Positions 1 to 12,449 of a stretch of DNA of 64,000 nucleotides are shown in pieces. The first letter of the stretch is position 1, and every line of letters begins with the position of its first letter. This stretch comes from Cetorhinus maximus (lineage: Eukaryota), in contig NC_135888.1 in assembly GCF_964194155.1 (NCBI RefSeq), forward strand, positions 37,200,001 to 37,264,000, read 5' to 3'. The notes beneath the pieces were generated by a model. It searched no databases. It saw nothing but the letters and a program-made list of their open reading frames with translations, and had not been told where the DNA came from. The position numbers and the translations under genes were made by a program.

Positions 1-202
1 TGCTAAGACAACATTCATGTTTACTCATTAGCACTTCAAGCACATTTCCACAGCTAGCTTCTTTTGATAGTTCCAAGCTTGCAGTCTACCTGATTCCAAA
101 TGTAATTAAATCACACAGACAGACCCAACTATACTCACACCCATAAACCTACCTTACAATAAACCAGAAAAACATTCTGAAAATTATCATACTTTCATAA
201 CA
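1..202 (-). mobile_element. 5' part of an LTR (same family as solo LTR 18120-19011), inserted into a Harbinger remnant
   Basis: Reverse complement starts TGTTATGAAAGTATGATAA and aligns along its length with 18120-18310 (TGTCATGAAAGTATAATAG...AAAAGAAGCTAG...GTAAACATG...CTTAGCA). It runs off the window edge. Confidence 0.75.
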
Positions 203-366
203 ATATCATGGAGGCGCAGCCATGAAACTTTAAAAGCATCTGACCCTTATCTGCCTTCATCACCTGAGGCCTTCAGGAGCAGAGCATCAGTAGTCACAGA
301 TGCTGAAGAGATGGGGGCCAGCCCCACCTTAAAGGTGCTGAGAGCACATATAGAGAATGAAGGAAC

Positions 367-1166
367 AAAAATAAAAACACCTAGAAAAACTCAGCAGGTC
401 TGACAGCATCTGTGGAGAGGAATACAGTTAACGTTTCGAGTCCATATGACTCTTCACCAGAACTAAGGAAAAATAGAAAAAGGGTGAAATATAAGCTGAT
501 TTAAGTGGGGTGGGTGGTACAGGTAGAGCTGGATAGAGGGCCAGTGATAGGTGTTTCCTCAATGCAAACTGGAGGAACAGCACCTCATCTCCCAACCAGG
601 CATTTTACAGCCTTCCGGACTGAATATTGAGTTCAACAACTTCAGATCATGAACACACTCCTCCATCCCCACCCCCTTTCTGATCCCCTTTTTCCAATAA
701 TTTATATATATTTTTCTTTTCCCACCTATTTCCTTAATTTTTAAATGTATTTCCATCCATTGTTTTATCTCTACCTTTTAGCCTATTTCGATCCCTTCCC
801 CCCACCCCACCCCCACTAAGGCTATCTGTCCCTTGCTCGTCCTGCTTTCTACCCTTAATGTCACCATTAGCATATTTCTTAGCTAATATCACCACCATTA
901 ACACCTCTTTGTCCTTTTGTCTATGACATCTTTTGACAATCTCCACCTATCACAGGCCCTCTATCCAGCTCTACCTGTCCCACTCCCCTTAAACCAGCTT
1001 ATATTTCACCTCTTTTCTATTTTTCCTTCGTTCTGTTGAAGAGTCATACGGACTCGAAACGTTAACTGTGTTCCTCTCCACAGATGCTGTCAGACCTGCT
1101 GAGTTTTTCCAGGTATTTTTGTTTTTGTTTTGGATTTCCAGCATCCGCAGTTTTTTGCTTCTATCT
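367..1166 (+). mobile_element. Penelope-like element (PLE): GIY-YIG C-terminus plus pseudo-LTR, with an inverted 5' pseudo-LTR copy and 16-bp TSD
   Basis: TAGAGAATGAAGGAAC at 351-366 and 1167-1182. ~364-553 is the reverse complement of ~944-1130. 560-652 translates to QCKLEEQHLISQPGILQPSGLNIEFNNFRS*, a typical PLE endonuclease end. Confidence 0.85.
1029..1067 (+). ncRNA. Minimal hammerhead-ribozyme-like motif in the PLE pseudo-LTR (variant core CUGUUGA)
   Basis: GTT-CTGTTGA-A-GAGTC-atacg-GACTC-GAAAC-GTT-AAC, with palindromic AACGTT at stem III. Related copies at 427-463 (-) and 28547-28585 (+). Confidence 0.6.
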
Positions 1167-2184
1167 TAGAGAATGAAGGAACTCTGTGATACCTGCCCAC
1201 GACATTCTCGCAGCAATGACAAGAACCGTCAAGGTGCAGGCATCAATAATGTGTCTAGGGAGTGTGAGATCCTGGACTAAGAGACCTGCCTTTATCTTGC
1301 ACAGAGAGCTTTCACATCTGAGTGACACAAACACTGTTCATCAGAACAAGGAGCCATAGGCAGTAAAACATTCTTGGGAGTTTATTTTAATTCTCCACGG
1401 CAAATGGGCATGAGCAGATCAAAATATATAATGAACGTGTGATTTGCTATCGCCCTATTTCTGCTGCAGGATACGTGAAAATCAGCCCTAGGACTACTTA
1501 CAGAAATTGGTGCCAACACTGCACTTCAGAATTACTTCATTGGCTAAAAAGCAATTTGGGACATCCAGAGTTTTTGAAAGGCACAATATAAATGCTAGTA
1601 TTTTTCTGACTCTGCACCAGCCTCAAAATGACATAAGTTGTTTCATAAAACTTTTATGGGCAAGTTATGTGATGCCAGTATTTGTACATCTGCCATTTTT
1701 ATGGAGGCTTCAAGTCATTCAAAACAAATATCTATATAAATATAAATACTTGCCTTTGCAAATCAATCAAGATAAGAGCCGAACTGTGTTGTATGAGCAA
1801 CCATTCACATCCCTGCGCCAGGTAATACTTAATGGTTGGAAGAACAGGCAACAAGTGTAAAGTTGTGTCCACAACTTTCCAATACTGCCTATTTAGACCA
1901 CCCCCTCACCCCCAACATTGCACCACCTCTCACTGACCTTCCCCCTCCTCCACTCAAGTGAGAATATTCTTATGGTGGTCAAAGGCATTTCGTGGAAATT
2001 TTAACATTTTATCATAAAATGGCGCCCTCTGATTACTTTGAGATTCTCTTCTTTAATAGTTGGTAGATCTTTATGTTATGTTGAAGAAAGCCAGATGGTG
2101 AAGGATAAAACCAGAACCAATCTTTACTCAGTTTAAAATTTATTTACAGAGTGAAACATTACAAGCACACATTGCCTATCTCAT

Positions 2185-5100
2185 CTGCAGCACAATTTCT
2201 AGTGAAAGACCATTTCCAACCGAAACCCTCGGTAACAATGCAGCATTTTAAATTCAATTTGAGATGCCATGCCCCTGGAAAGACAGTCGCTTGCTATGTA
2301 GCATCCTTAAAACAACTGGCAGAGCACTGTGAGTTTGGGACATCGATTAATGACATGTTAAGATGGCGATCAGTGTGTGGGATTAATGAAGATACCATTC
2401 AAAAAAGGCTGCTGCCTGAGACAAATTTGGATTTCAGCAAGGTGCTGGAGTTGACGCTCACAATGAAAAATACAGCCAGGGGTTCAGAAGAAATCAAGGG
2501 AGCACAAAATGGAGCCAGCTGGAAATGGTGCAAAAATGCAGGGCTTCATGGAAAGGTGGGAAACAGACCAGCAAAAAGCAATGGCTTAAAGTATAAAAAC
2601 CACATTCATAATAGCAGAAGTAGAACCAGACAGCTTACAAACGAATGACAATTTAAAAGAACTAAGTGCTTCCATTGTCATCGCAATGGGCACGTTATGC
2701 AATATTGCAGAGAAGGACTGAGGCCAAAGTTCAAACAAAAAGGCAAAAGCCGTGACATTTATATAATGGGTGAGCCAGAAGAACCAGTCAGATTTTTGCT
2801 CCCTGCACAATTTAAAAATGGGTCATACAGAGCCAATCTACTTGACAGTAAAAGTCAACAGGAAAACCTTTCAAATGGAGGTGGAGACAGGCACATCCAC
2901 AGCGGTCATAGGAGAACACACAATTAAGTATCTGAATGGAGGGGACCACTCACTAAAGCTGGAAAACTCAGGTGCCAGACTAAAGATGTATACTGGTGAA
3001 AACATGCAAATAAAAAGTATATGCAAGTTTCCAGTACAATATGGAAGCCAATCTACTAACCTAACCATGATAGTGGTAGTAGGGGAGGGTCCAATTCTAC
3101 TTGGTTGGAACTGGTTTAAGGAAATAAATTGGAGTGGACTGAGATTTTCCAACTCAGAATGAAAGATCTACAGGAATTATTACAGAAATATGCCCCTGTG
3201 TTCAGGGAAGAGCTCAGGAAGATTCAGGGGCTGCAAGCTAATATCCACGTGTACGCTGGAACAACCCCCAGATATTTGAAGGTGAGGCCGGTCCCCTGTG
3301 CATTATGAGAAAAAGTGGATATTGAATTGGACAGGCTGGAAAGGTTGGGAGTCTTACAACCTGTACAATTTCCCAAATGAGCAGTGCCCATAGTTCCAGT
3401 ACTAAAGCCTGACCAGAATGTGCGAATATGCGGGGACTGCAAGTTGACTGTTAACAAAGTGGACAGACTTGATAGGCATCCTATACCAAAAATTGATGAA
3501 TTGTACTCCAAGCTGGCAGGGGGGAATCGCATATATGAAACTCAACATGAGCCAGGCTTACCAGCAATGCGAGCTAGAAAAGGCCTCTCGGGATTTTGTG
3601 ACTATCAACACACATAGGGGCTTATACCAGGTTACCCTTCAGAGTCTCATTGGCTTGAGCCATTTTCCGATGGGCTATGGAAAATTTACTCCAAGGTCTA
3701 CCTCATGTGATGGTTTATCTCGATGATGCCCTAGTAACAGGACTAACTGATAAAGAACACCTGGCTAACATGGAAGAGGTATTGAAGCATTTCTCACAAG
3801 CCGGAGTACGCTTGAAAAGGAATAAATGTATCTTCCAGGCAAAAGAGTTGATTTACCTTGGTCATAGGGTCGACTCACTTCATCCGTAGAAGACAAGGTG
3901 AGAGCTATTCGTGAGGCGCCAGCCCCGAAAAATGCCACAGAACTCAAATCCTTCTTGGGAATGATTAACTACAATGGTCATTTTCTCCCAAATTTGTCGA
4001 CAGTACTGGCTCCTTTATACGGTTTACTCAAGAAAAACCACAGGTGGACTTGGCAACCCCACAACTGCTGCAAGACTTGCTCCCAGATGTGAGACAAAAC
4101 TGGATCATAGTTTGTCCATTCTCTGATGTGTTTGCATTCACTGGTGATGAGTCCAGAAAATTTAAAACAAGACAAGTTCTTGCGGGGTGGGGACATTCAC
4201 ATTGCTGTCCTTCAGGGGTAATTGGCTCAGCACGTCTGCATTAGCAATCTAGCTTCCTGGCTGTAGGGGCAGTACTCTCCCACCAGGTGGCGGATGGCTC
4301 CGAACAGCCCATTGGCTATGTTTTAAGAACACTCAGTGAGGCAGAACGAAGATACTCACAAATAGAAAAAGAAGGCTTATCATTCGTATATGGCCACGTT
4401 CACCACTTCACCATCATTTCCGATCATATCACTAGGCTTGTTTGGGGAAAGTAAGGCAATACCTCCAATCGCCTTGGCATGTAACCAAAGGTGGACACTG
4501 ATTCTAGCTGCTTACAAATATACTTTTATTCACTGGCCAGGAAGCCAGATTGCCAATGCTGATGCGCTGAACCAATTACCTCTAAAGGGCAGCAATGTGA
4601 ATGTCCCCATCCCTCAAGAACTTGTCTTGTTAGTAAATTTTCTGGGTTCATTACCAGTGAATTCCAAACACATCAGAGAATGGACAGACTGTGATCCAGT
4701 TTTGTCTCACATCAGGGAACAAATATTGTAGGGATGGTCTAACGAGCCAAAGTAGGACAAAACGAAGCCCTATTTTAACAGGAGATACAAGCTCACCTGC
4801 CAGGACGGCATCTTGCCGTGGAGAGCGAGAGTCATTGTGCCTCCCACAGGAGGACAACCATTATTCATAGCGCTGACTCCGGCATTTCCGGAATGAAAAT
4901 ATTGGCGTGTAGCTACTTATGGTGGCCAGGGATGGACAGTGAAATCATAACATGGTCAAGAGCTGCATGCAGTGCCAACAGGTGCCGAAATTGCCTCCTT
5001 CTCCTCCACTGCATCCTTGGGAATGGCAAGGAAGGGCATGAGCCCCATCCATGTTTACTATGTGGGGCCTTTTTTGGGCACAATGTTCCCCTTACTTATC

Positions 5101-6227
5101 GACACTCACTCCAAATGGATAGATGTATCCGAGGTGCGATCACCCACATCTGCCACCACCATAGACAGATTGTGGCACTACATGGTTTACCAGAGGTAAT
5201 CGTGTCTGATAATGGAACAGCATTCACCAGCGGGGAATTCCAAAAATTTACAACTCTCAATGGCATCACACATGTCGAGACCTCGCCATACCACCGTCCA
5301 TCCAATGGGTTAGCCAAGAGGGTGGTTCAGATCTTCAAGGCTGGAATGAAAAAACTAGATGTGGACTGTATAACAAGTTATCACATTTCCTGCTCAGCCA
5401 GAGAACTACGCCACATACGACCACTGGTATTGCCCACACAGAGTTATTAATGAAGAGATACTTCAGGACACGGTTAAGCCTCATAAGGCTAAATTTAAAG
5501 GGGAGGGTAGAGAAAAGTCAGGAGGCCCAGAAGAATGAACACGATTACCATAGTCGTGAAAGAAACTTCACTGTGCAGGAAGATTTTCTCGTGAAGAACT
5601 TTGGAGATGGGCCCAAATGGCTATCAGGTGAAGTCAGTGCAGTGACAGGACCCCTGTCTACCATGCATTGGCTGAAGGTCAGATAATCAGGAGACATATA
5701 GATCACCTCAGGTAACGGGAAACAGATCCACAAGAAAAGGTGCGCCAAGCATTCCTATTAGAGTCTACACCATAGACTGAAGGAACTCCTCTTGCTTTGG
5801 AAGCACCTGTAGAACACATTGAGCCTGAGAGAGTCGAAGAGGCAAACTTACAGGTTCCTACCGGGGAGCCCAATGGACAGATATCTCCTGAGACAAAGGC
5901 CTCAGAAAAACCATCAAGAGTTGTAGAACCACAACAGTCGACACATTTGAAAAAGCCTTTTGAGAGACTAAATTTGCATATAATTCATTTTTGTAAATAA
6001 CTAATATATTGTCAAATGTACTTTCAAGCAAAGGGGGAGGGATGTGGTAATCTGAGGTGTAATACACCTTTAGGAGACTGTGAGCAGATTGACCACATGA
6101 CTGTAAGACCCAATAGCTGTGTAGCGAGGGCTACCATGTTAATGTTAGCCAAGAGTAGGGTCTGGTTGGAGAAGCACACATCATGTTAATGCTCTGTTGT
6201 TGGTGTAAATAAATAGTATGTGCTTCA
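2185..6227 (+). mobile_element. Decayed Gypsy (Mag/K02A2.6-like) LTR retrotransposon: partial gag, PR, RT, RNase H, IN, PPT and 3' LTR; 5' LTR missing
   Basis: Gag with CCHC knuckle (CFHCHRNGHVMQYC ~2667-2708); protease MEVETG..ILLGWNW; RT PIVPVLKPD..RICGDCK and VYLDD (~3712); RNase H; integrase IVSDNGTAFTS..PYHRPSNGLA; PPT AAAGGGGGAGGGA 6030-6042, then TG-starting LTR at 6043 with AATAAA. Many stops and frameshifts. Confidence 0.92.
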
Positions 6228-6774
6228 TTTCCTATTGGTTTCTGCACCTGCAGTATATTGTAATCGACTCGCCTGCCAACAGATAAGCATGCAACCGGTT
6301 CTTGAGCAAAGTGACCCATAAAACATAAGACACATTGACCCAAGGAGTCAAATCAATAGACATCGATATCATCAAGGTTCCATAGACATTTTCACTCTCA
6401 CTAAGGATCCACCTTTTTGTGGATAGAAAGCACGACTGCATGGCTGAACACCAAGCCTGCATGCCTGAAACAGAATCTTAATACTCAATCTTAAGACTGT
6501 TCAAGTTAAGTGAGCGGATCTCGCCTCTGAGACCTTAACCAGCGATGCTGGTCTCTCATCTGTAGCCGCTTTCAGAAATTCAGCATGAAAACTGTCCATG
6601 CCTTTTCCTTTATCTGGGCAATTCAATTGAGAGTGTACTCCCTCCTCATGAGCCGGTTCGCTAAGTAGTTCTAGCTGTGCTGCACACCCTACTGGATGAA
6701 CCACTTCAAATCCGATCCAATTTAAACATTGTGAAAGCAGCATCTCAAGAAGGAAGTGTAATTAGAGTGCATCA

Positions 6775-6935
6775 GTTCATAGAGTCATAAGGCTATTTCA
6801 GCACAGAAGGAGGTCATTTGGTCCATCAAGTCTGTACCGGCTTTTTGTTAAGCAATCCAGTCAGTCCCATTCCCCCTTCTTGTCCCAGAGCCGTGCAAAT
6901 GTATTTCTCTCAAGTGCATATTTAGTTTCCTTTTA
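6775..6935 (-). mobile_element. CR1 LINE 3' end fragment
   Basis: CATAGAGTCATAAG..CAGAAGGAGGTCATTTGGTCC tail, similar to 43320 and 63560. Confidence 0.55.
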
Positions 6936-7019
6936 AAATTCAAATTTTTAATTTTCATTTTTAATTCAATGTAAAATCAGTACGGAATGGCAAATAAAAA
7001 AGGGGAAAAAAGATTGTAT

Positions 7020-7185
7020 TTCCTCCTCTAAGACATTCCTTAAAAACTACCTCTTTCACCAAGCTTTTAATCAACTGGTCTAATCTCTCCTTATGTGGCT
7101 CGGTGTCACACTTTATTTTATAACGTTCCTGTGAGTGGCCCTCACATCATATCTAAGGTGTCATATAAATATAAGCTTTTATTGT
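7020..7185 (+). mobile_element. L2-type LINE 3' end fragment
   Basis: CCTTAAAAACTACCTCTTTCACCAAGCTTTT..TATAAATATAAG; reverse-complement similar to 34285-34440. Confidence 0.5.
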
Positions 7186-8664
7186 TTGAGAGAGCAAAAA
7201 AGTGATACAAGAAAAACAAAAATCAAAGTTCACATTTTTAAAAAGTCAACAATAATTAAAATCTGAAGGTATGAAACTCCATGCATGGACTAATTAATTT
7301 TTGGTGCCATAGAAGTTTATTGGCAGTAATCAACAGTAATCATCATGAAAAGAATCTCTGACACCTAACCCAGGCTTAATTAAATATGCCAGATTTTAAA
7401 TGGCTCCAAAACAGGCTGCGTGTGTCACTTTAGGCCAGCAAGTTTATTTGGTATCTATACTACACAAGCACAGCAACTTCACATCACTCAATACAATTCA
7501 ATAGTGAGCCAGGCAGCAAGACATCATTTGCGCAAAGCTAATGGCAGAGAGGTGCACCTTGTACAACAATTTTTGCATTTCTGTCTGCAATCCCCACTGT
7601 CATCATCTGACGTTGATGTAGCATTTGTGCATTATTAGTCACAATTGCTATTTAGCCTTTGCGTCATTTTGGCAGCAAATTATGGACCATCATGTCTTGG
7701 ACTTTTTAAAAAGAGGAATTATTTTATGCAAAAACCCCTCACAAATTTGTTCCCCTGTAATCTGAGCACCACCAAACGAGAACAAGAAAACTCTACATGA
7801 AGCAGTTAGAACAGGTTTAATCTACAATGTCAGCAGTTTTTGTCAGCTTCTTTCAAAATGCTGTTGCATTATATTTAGCACTGATGCGGTATGTGTCTTG
7901 TTGTAAATGAACATGTTATGATCATCGGAATAGCATTTTTATAGCATAAATAATTAAGTGAAATACAGGTTCAAATGGGTGGCAAAGTTACTAGCAGAAT
8001 AGTGATGGAGATAATCAATAAGTTCTCACTTATAAATTTCATCTCCATGTCAAGTCAATTTCATTCCCTGCCTGGCTACAAATTCATTTTATGACTTTCA
8101 ATAAAGAATCCCATGGTTTTAATCTTATTTTATTCATGGGAAGATGTAATGTGTCGTTTAAAATTCATAGAAAGGCAATTTTTATAACCCAATTTGCTAA
8201 CAAAGTTCTTGAGGCATCCAATTACTTTCTCGATGATGGTGCTTCAGTGAGAAACTTGCAATAAATACCAGAAGTGTATCTATTTTATAACAGGAGTAAG
8301 GTTAATCGGAGTCATATTGATCTTCTAATAATATTTCTCTATCTACCCCCCACCATTTTATTTTGTCATAGATATCAGTGTTATTGCATATGGCAGGTAG
8401 AAAGCAAATTCAATTTATTTGATCAGCAGGACTGCAGCTCTCCAGTTTGCACCAGTAAAACCCTAGACTGATCTTCAAACAACCATAGAGCTGTAAAGCA
8501 AAGGTATCTTTGTTGCACATTTGGCTGTTTAGTAATTCAAATTATAGCAATTATGCTTGCCAATTTGTAGTGAGTCATCACAATCTGTCATGATGTGGTT
8601 GGCAGATCACATATCCAAATACTGTGCCTGAACTTGAAACTGCAGAAAGAGGCATGCTACTAAA

Positions 8665-11365
8665 CATAGGTATGAGAGTAAGCTATTCAGCCTCTCAAAC
8701 CTATCCTGCCATTCAATAAGAGCATGACTGCTCTGTATCGTATCTCCATTTACTGCCTTGGTTCACATCTCTAACACCCTTACATAACTAAAAACTCTCA
8801 ATCTAAGTTTTGAGATTTTCAATTGACCTAGCCTCCTGGCCTTGTAGAGGGGTGTGTTCCAGATTTCTACTACCTCTGCATATAGTCATGATCACAGCAT
8901 CTCTGAGAGCCCCCAGCATGCACTTATCTTTCTAGGTGAGGGATATGAGGTGGTGCAGCTATTCCAGGAGTGTATCTCTGCCGTGTTTCAGAATTTTGGC
9001 AGCGATTCCATCTGCTCCAGAGGTATTGTTGTTTTTCAGCTGTCAAATATGGCTTTTTCAACTTCATTCCAGACCAGGGAAGCAGCAAGATCGAGTTGGA
9101 CAGGGTATTGAGGGATGGATTTGAGGGTGTTCAAGTCGAAGACAGAATCTTGATTCAGGAGTTCTTCAAAATGTTCCCTCCAGTGAACACTGACTGCCTA
9201 AAGCTTTGTGTCCTTGTTGAGCTCCTCTCCATACTTGACTCTCAGCAGGGGCGGGTGGGGCCCCTTGAGTGCTTAGGACATGGATCATCTTGACAGCGCT
9301 GAAGAAACTGTACATGTTGTTGGTGTCTGTGAGTTGTTGGGTCTCTCGCATCTTTCCACCCCCCATAAATTCTTTATGCCACAGATTTTATGTTATACCA
9401 CTGCCTTCAGATATCTGTAGGGCTGTTGCTTTTCTCTTGAGTTGTGGTGAAGTTTCCAGTTTGTGAAAGCTTTGCGCTTGTGCTTAATTAGGTCCTGTAT
9501 CTCTTAGTCATTTTCATCAAACCATTCTTGACATTTCCTGATAGACCAAGGACATTTTCATTGGTGCTTGTTATGGTGTACTTTAAAGTCAACCAGGCAC
9601 TATCGGCATACTGTAACTCCTGGTGACTCAAGGTTGAGCAGTTTCAGTGACTATATTCAAGAAGGGGGACAAGTCCAATTGCAGTAACTACAGAGGAGTG
9701 TCCCTTTTGTCTGCCAGAGGGAAGGTCATTGCAAGGATCCTCTTCAATCACCTCCTCCCAGTGGCCAAAGAGTTGCAGTGCATTTCTTTCCCATCAAGAG
9801 GAACCACAGACACGATCTTCACTGAGTGACAAATCCAAGAAAAATGCAAAAAACAGCACCAACCTCTGTACATGGCCTTTCTTGACTTCAAAAAAGCCTT
9901 TAACTCTGTTAACCGTGAAGGCTTATGGAGTATCCTCCTCAAATTTGGCTGTTTCAAAAGTTTGTCACCATCCTCTGCCTACTCCACGATGACATGCAAG
10001 CTGTGATTCTCACCAATGGAACCAACACAGACCCTGGTCAAATAAGGCTGTGACAAGCTACTAACGCTCTTCTCTATTCCCCTAGCTGCCCACAGATGTG
10101 GAGATAATTTACAGGACAGACACAAAACTGTTCAACCTATGCCACCTTCAATCCAAAACTAATATCACTCCAACTTCAGTCACCGAGCTTCAGCATGCAG
10201 ATGATGCTTGTTTGTGCGCTCACTCAGAAACTGAGCTCCAGGTCATTGTTGACTCCTTCTACAAAGCATATGAGAAAATGGGCCCTTCACAAAACACCCG
10301 GAACACTCAGGTATTCTTCTAATCAGCTCCCACAGCACCATACCTCCCCCCACTGATTAGGGTCAAGGGTGAGTTCCTGGAGTATGTGGACCATTTTCCA
10401 TATCTTGGGAGCCTCCTCTCTCTGAAATCAGACATAGATGACAAAATTCATCATCACCTCCAATGCACCAGGTCAGCCTTCCTCTGACTGAAGAAATGAA
10501 TATGTGAGGATCAGGATCTCAAACCCAAGATTAAGGTCATGGTTTACTGGGCAGCAGTGATGCCCACACTCCTTTTTGCTTCAGGGGCTTGGCAACCTAC
10601 AGCAGGCACCTCAAAGTGGTGGCAGAGTACCACCAACAATGCCTTTGCAGGATCCTCCAGATCTAGTGGCAAGGAAGACAGTCCAACAGCAGTGTCCTCT
10701 CCCAAGCCAAAACTGCATTTTATTTCTTCAAAATATATTGTTTTGATGCCCAGCATTGTGGCTTTAATCAATCAAAACCAGCTTCGCTGTGTGGGAAAAG
10801 TCATGCGTATGCCTGATACCAGACTCCCAAAGCAACTGTTCTACTTGGAACTTGGTCATGGCAGCACAGCCCCTGGAGCACAGCAGAAATCTTTAGGGAT
10901 GTCCTCAAATTATTTTTGAAGATGTCAAACAACCCTGCCAACTCACAGGAGTCCCTGGCCTGAGGCCAACTAAAATGGAGAAGGTTCATTCGGGACAGCC
11001 CCGAACATGTCGTCGCGAACACACAGAGGCGAAGTTGAGGCTTTGGAGGGAGCGCACAAGCCTCCAAACACCTCATCTATCCAACCCTTCAAACACCACC
11101 TGCCCTGCATGTGGCAGAGTCTGCAGATCGCACATTGGATTTATCTGCCATCTTAGAACCCACTGAACCGTGGGAGAAGCAAGTCATCCTCGATCCCAAG
11201 GGATTGTCTTAGAAGTCGAAGATCTTTAGCATAAAGAAGTGCTTCCTGATGTCAGCCCTAAACAACCTAGCTCTAATTTTAACATTAAGCCCTCTTGTTC
11301 TGGACTGTCCCACCAGAGGAAATAGCTTCTCTCCATCTATCCTATCAAAACCTTTCATCATCAAT
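8665..11365 (-). mobile_element. CR1 LINE 3' fragment split by the RTE insertion (halves ~8665-8880 and ~11224-11365)
   Basis: The right half encodes MKGFDRIDGEKLFPLVGQSRTRGLNVKIRARLFRADIRKHFF (CR1 ORF2 C-terminus). The left half carries its continuation and 3' tail. Confidence 0.75.
8881..11223 (+). mobile_element. RTE-clade LINE, 5'-truncated with a 5' inversion (8881-~9645 on minus; 9647-11223 on plus)
   Basis: Plus part: TIFKKGDKSNCSNYRGVSLLS..LYMAFLDFKKAF..QHADD..CPACGRVCRSHIGFICHLRTH*. The minus part encodes the upstream linker (RKCQEWFDEND*EIQDLI) and ends in ..RDAVIMTI. Confidence 0.9.
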
Positions 11366-12449
11366 TTAATGAGAGTCCCAGGATCCAGCATTACTAACAT
11401 GATGCAGAGTTTTACAGCAGCTAGAGTTTAGTTATGGTGCTGGAATCAGCTTCAGCACCTCTGCTCTAGAGAGGGGGGGATAATAAGAGCCAAGGTTTGT
11501 GCTTCTGATCATTATCTGGTGACCTGTGCTGGGAAATGCAACTTTGATAAAAGATCAAGTCAGGACTGGGCTCAGATGTGGTGCCTGTTGCACCATGATG
11601 CTCACTGGTTAACCTTACATGTGAATAGCCACCATGTTACTGGGAAGTTGCTAATAGCCATGGAAACATATCCCAGTTCAAAATAACGCATTCAGAAGAG
11701 AAAAAGTTAGAAATGTGGGAAATGAAGTTGTAATTTGTGCTTTGAGGTAAACTGAATTTTATTTCTTCAAAAAATATTGTTTTGTTGCTCAGGACAAAAC
11801 TGTTCACTTCTGGTCCTTATGATTTTTGATCAACATTTGTGTCAACTTTTCCCATGCAGTTTTTCTATGCCAACTCTCACCTGCACAGTACTGTCCTTTA
11901 CCATCAGTTGGCGCTATATTATCTTTGACTCACAAATCTCCCATGTTTCCTGGGGAAAAAAAAAATGTCTGTCCTATCCTTTTTTTAAAATGTCTGCTTT
12001 CATCCCATCATAACCTCTGTCTAGAAATTAATTGCAGCGTTGTTGGATATGACACTAGAATTCATCAATTAACCTCAGCAATAGGAAGTTCTAAACTATT
12101 CGTTCCTACAGTAACTTCCACAAATATAAACCTCTTCTTCACAAATTGCAACCCATTCCTTTTACCTATTTAACAGATTATGACATGAGAGATCAAAAAT
12201 GATTGTAAGCAGATGCTTCTACTGTTACAATCACAGGCATACACAAAACAAGGGATAAATGTAATTGTTCAAACATCTGCGTCCAGATAGTGAAATCCTT
12301 TATATGCAAATGCTTCCAGTCTTAAAAGAAATCTAGTTAGCTACATTTACAAAAGAAGCTAAACCATCAGAGCCTATATAAAGAAAACTTGAGATTATCC
12401 TTACAAAATTTGACACCATCAGATGATTCAAGGACTAACTTTTTAAAAA

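Larger units (their letters stand above)
203..1390 (+). mobile_element. Harbinger element remnant (region downstream of the transposase), split by a Penelope insertion
   Basis: 203-366 and 1167-1390 align with 47374-47795 of the large Harbinger (e.g. GCCCCACCTTAAAGGTGCTGAGAGC, CAGCAATGACAAGAACCGT, CATCAGAACAAGGAGCCATAGGCAG). Confidence 0.8.

Noticed and set aside
1507-1860. 117-aa ORF and similar AT-rich ORFs (18728, 24152, 38110, 60309)
   Set aside because: Mostly non-ATG starts, several overlap SINE/LTR/MITE remnants, and none shows a recognisable domain.
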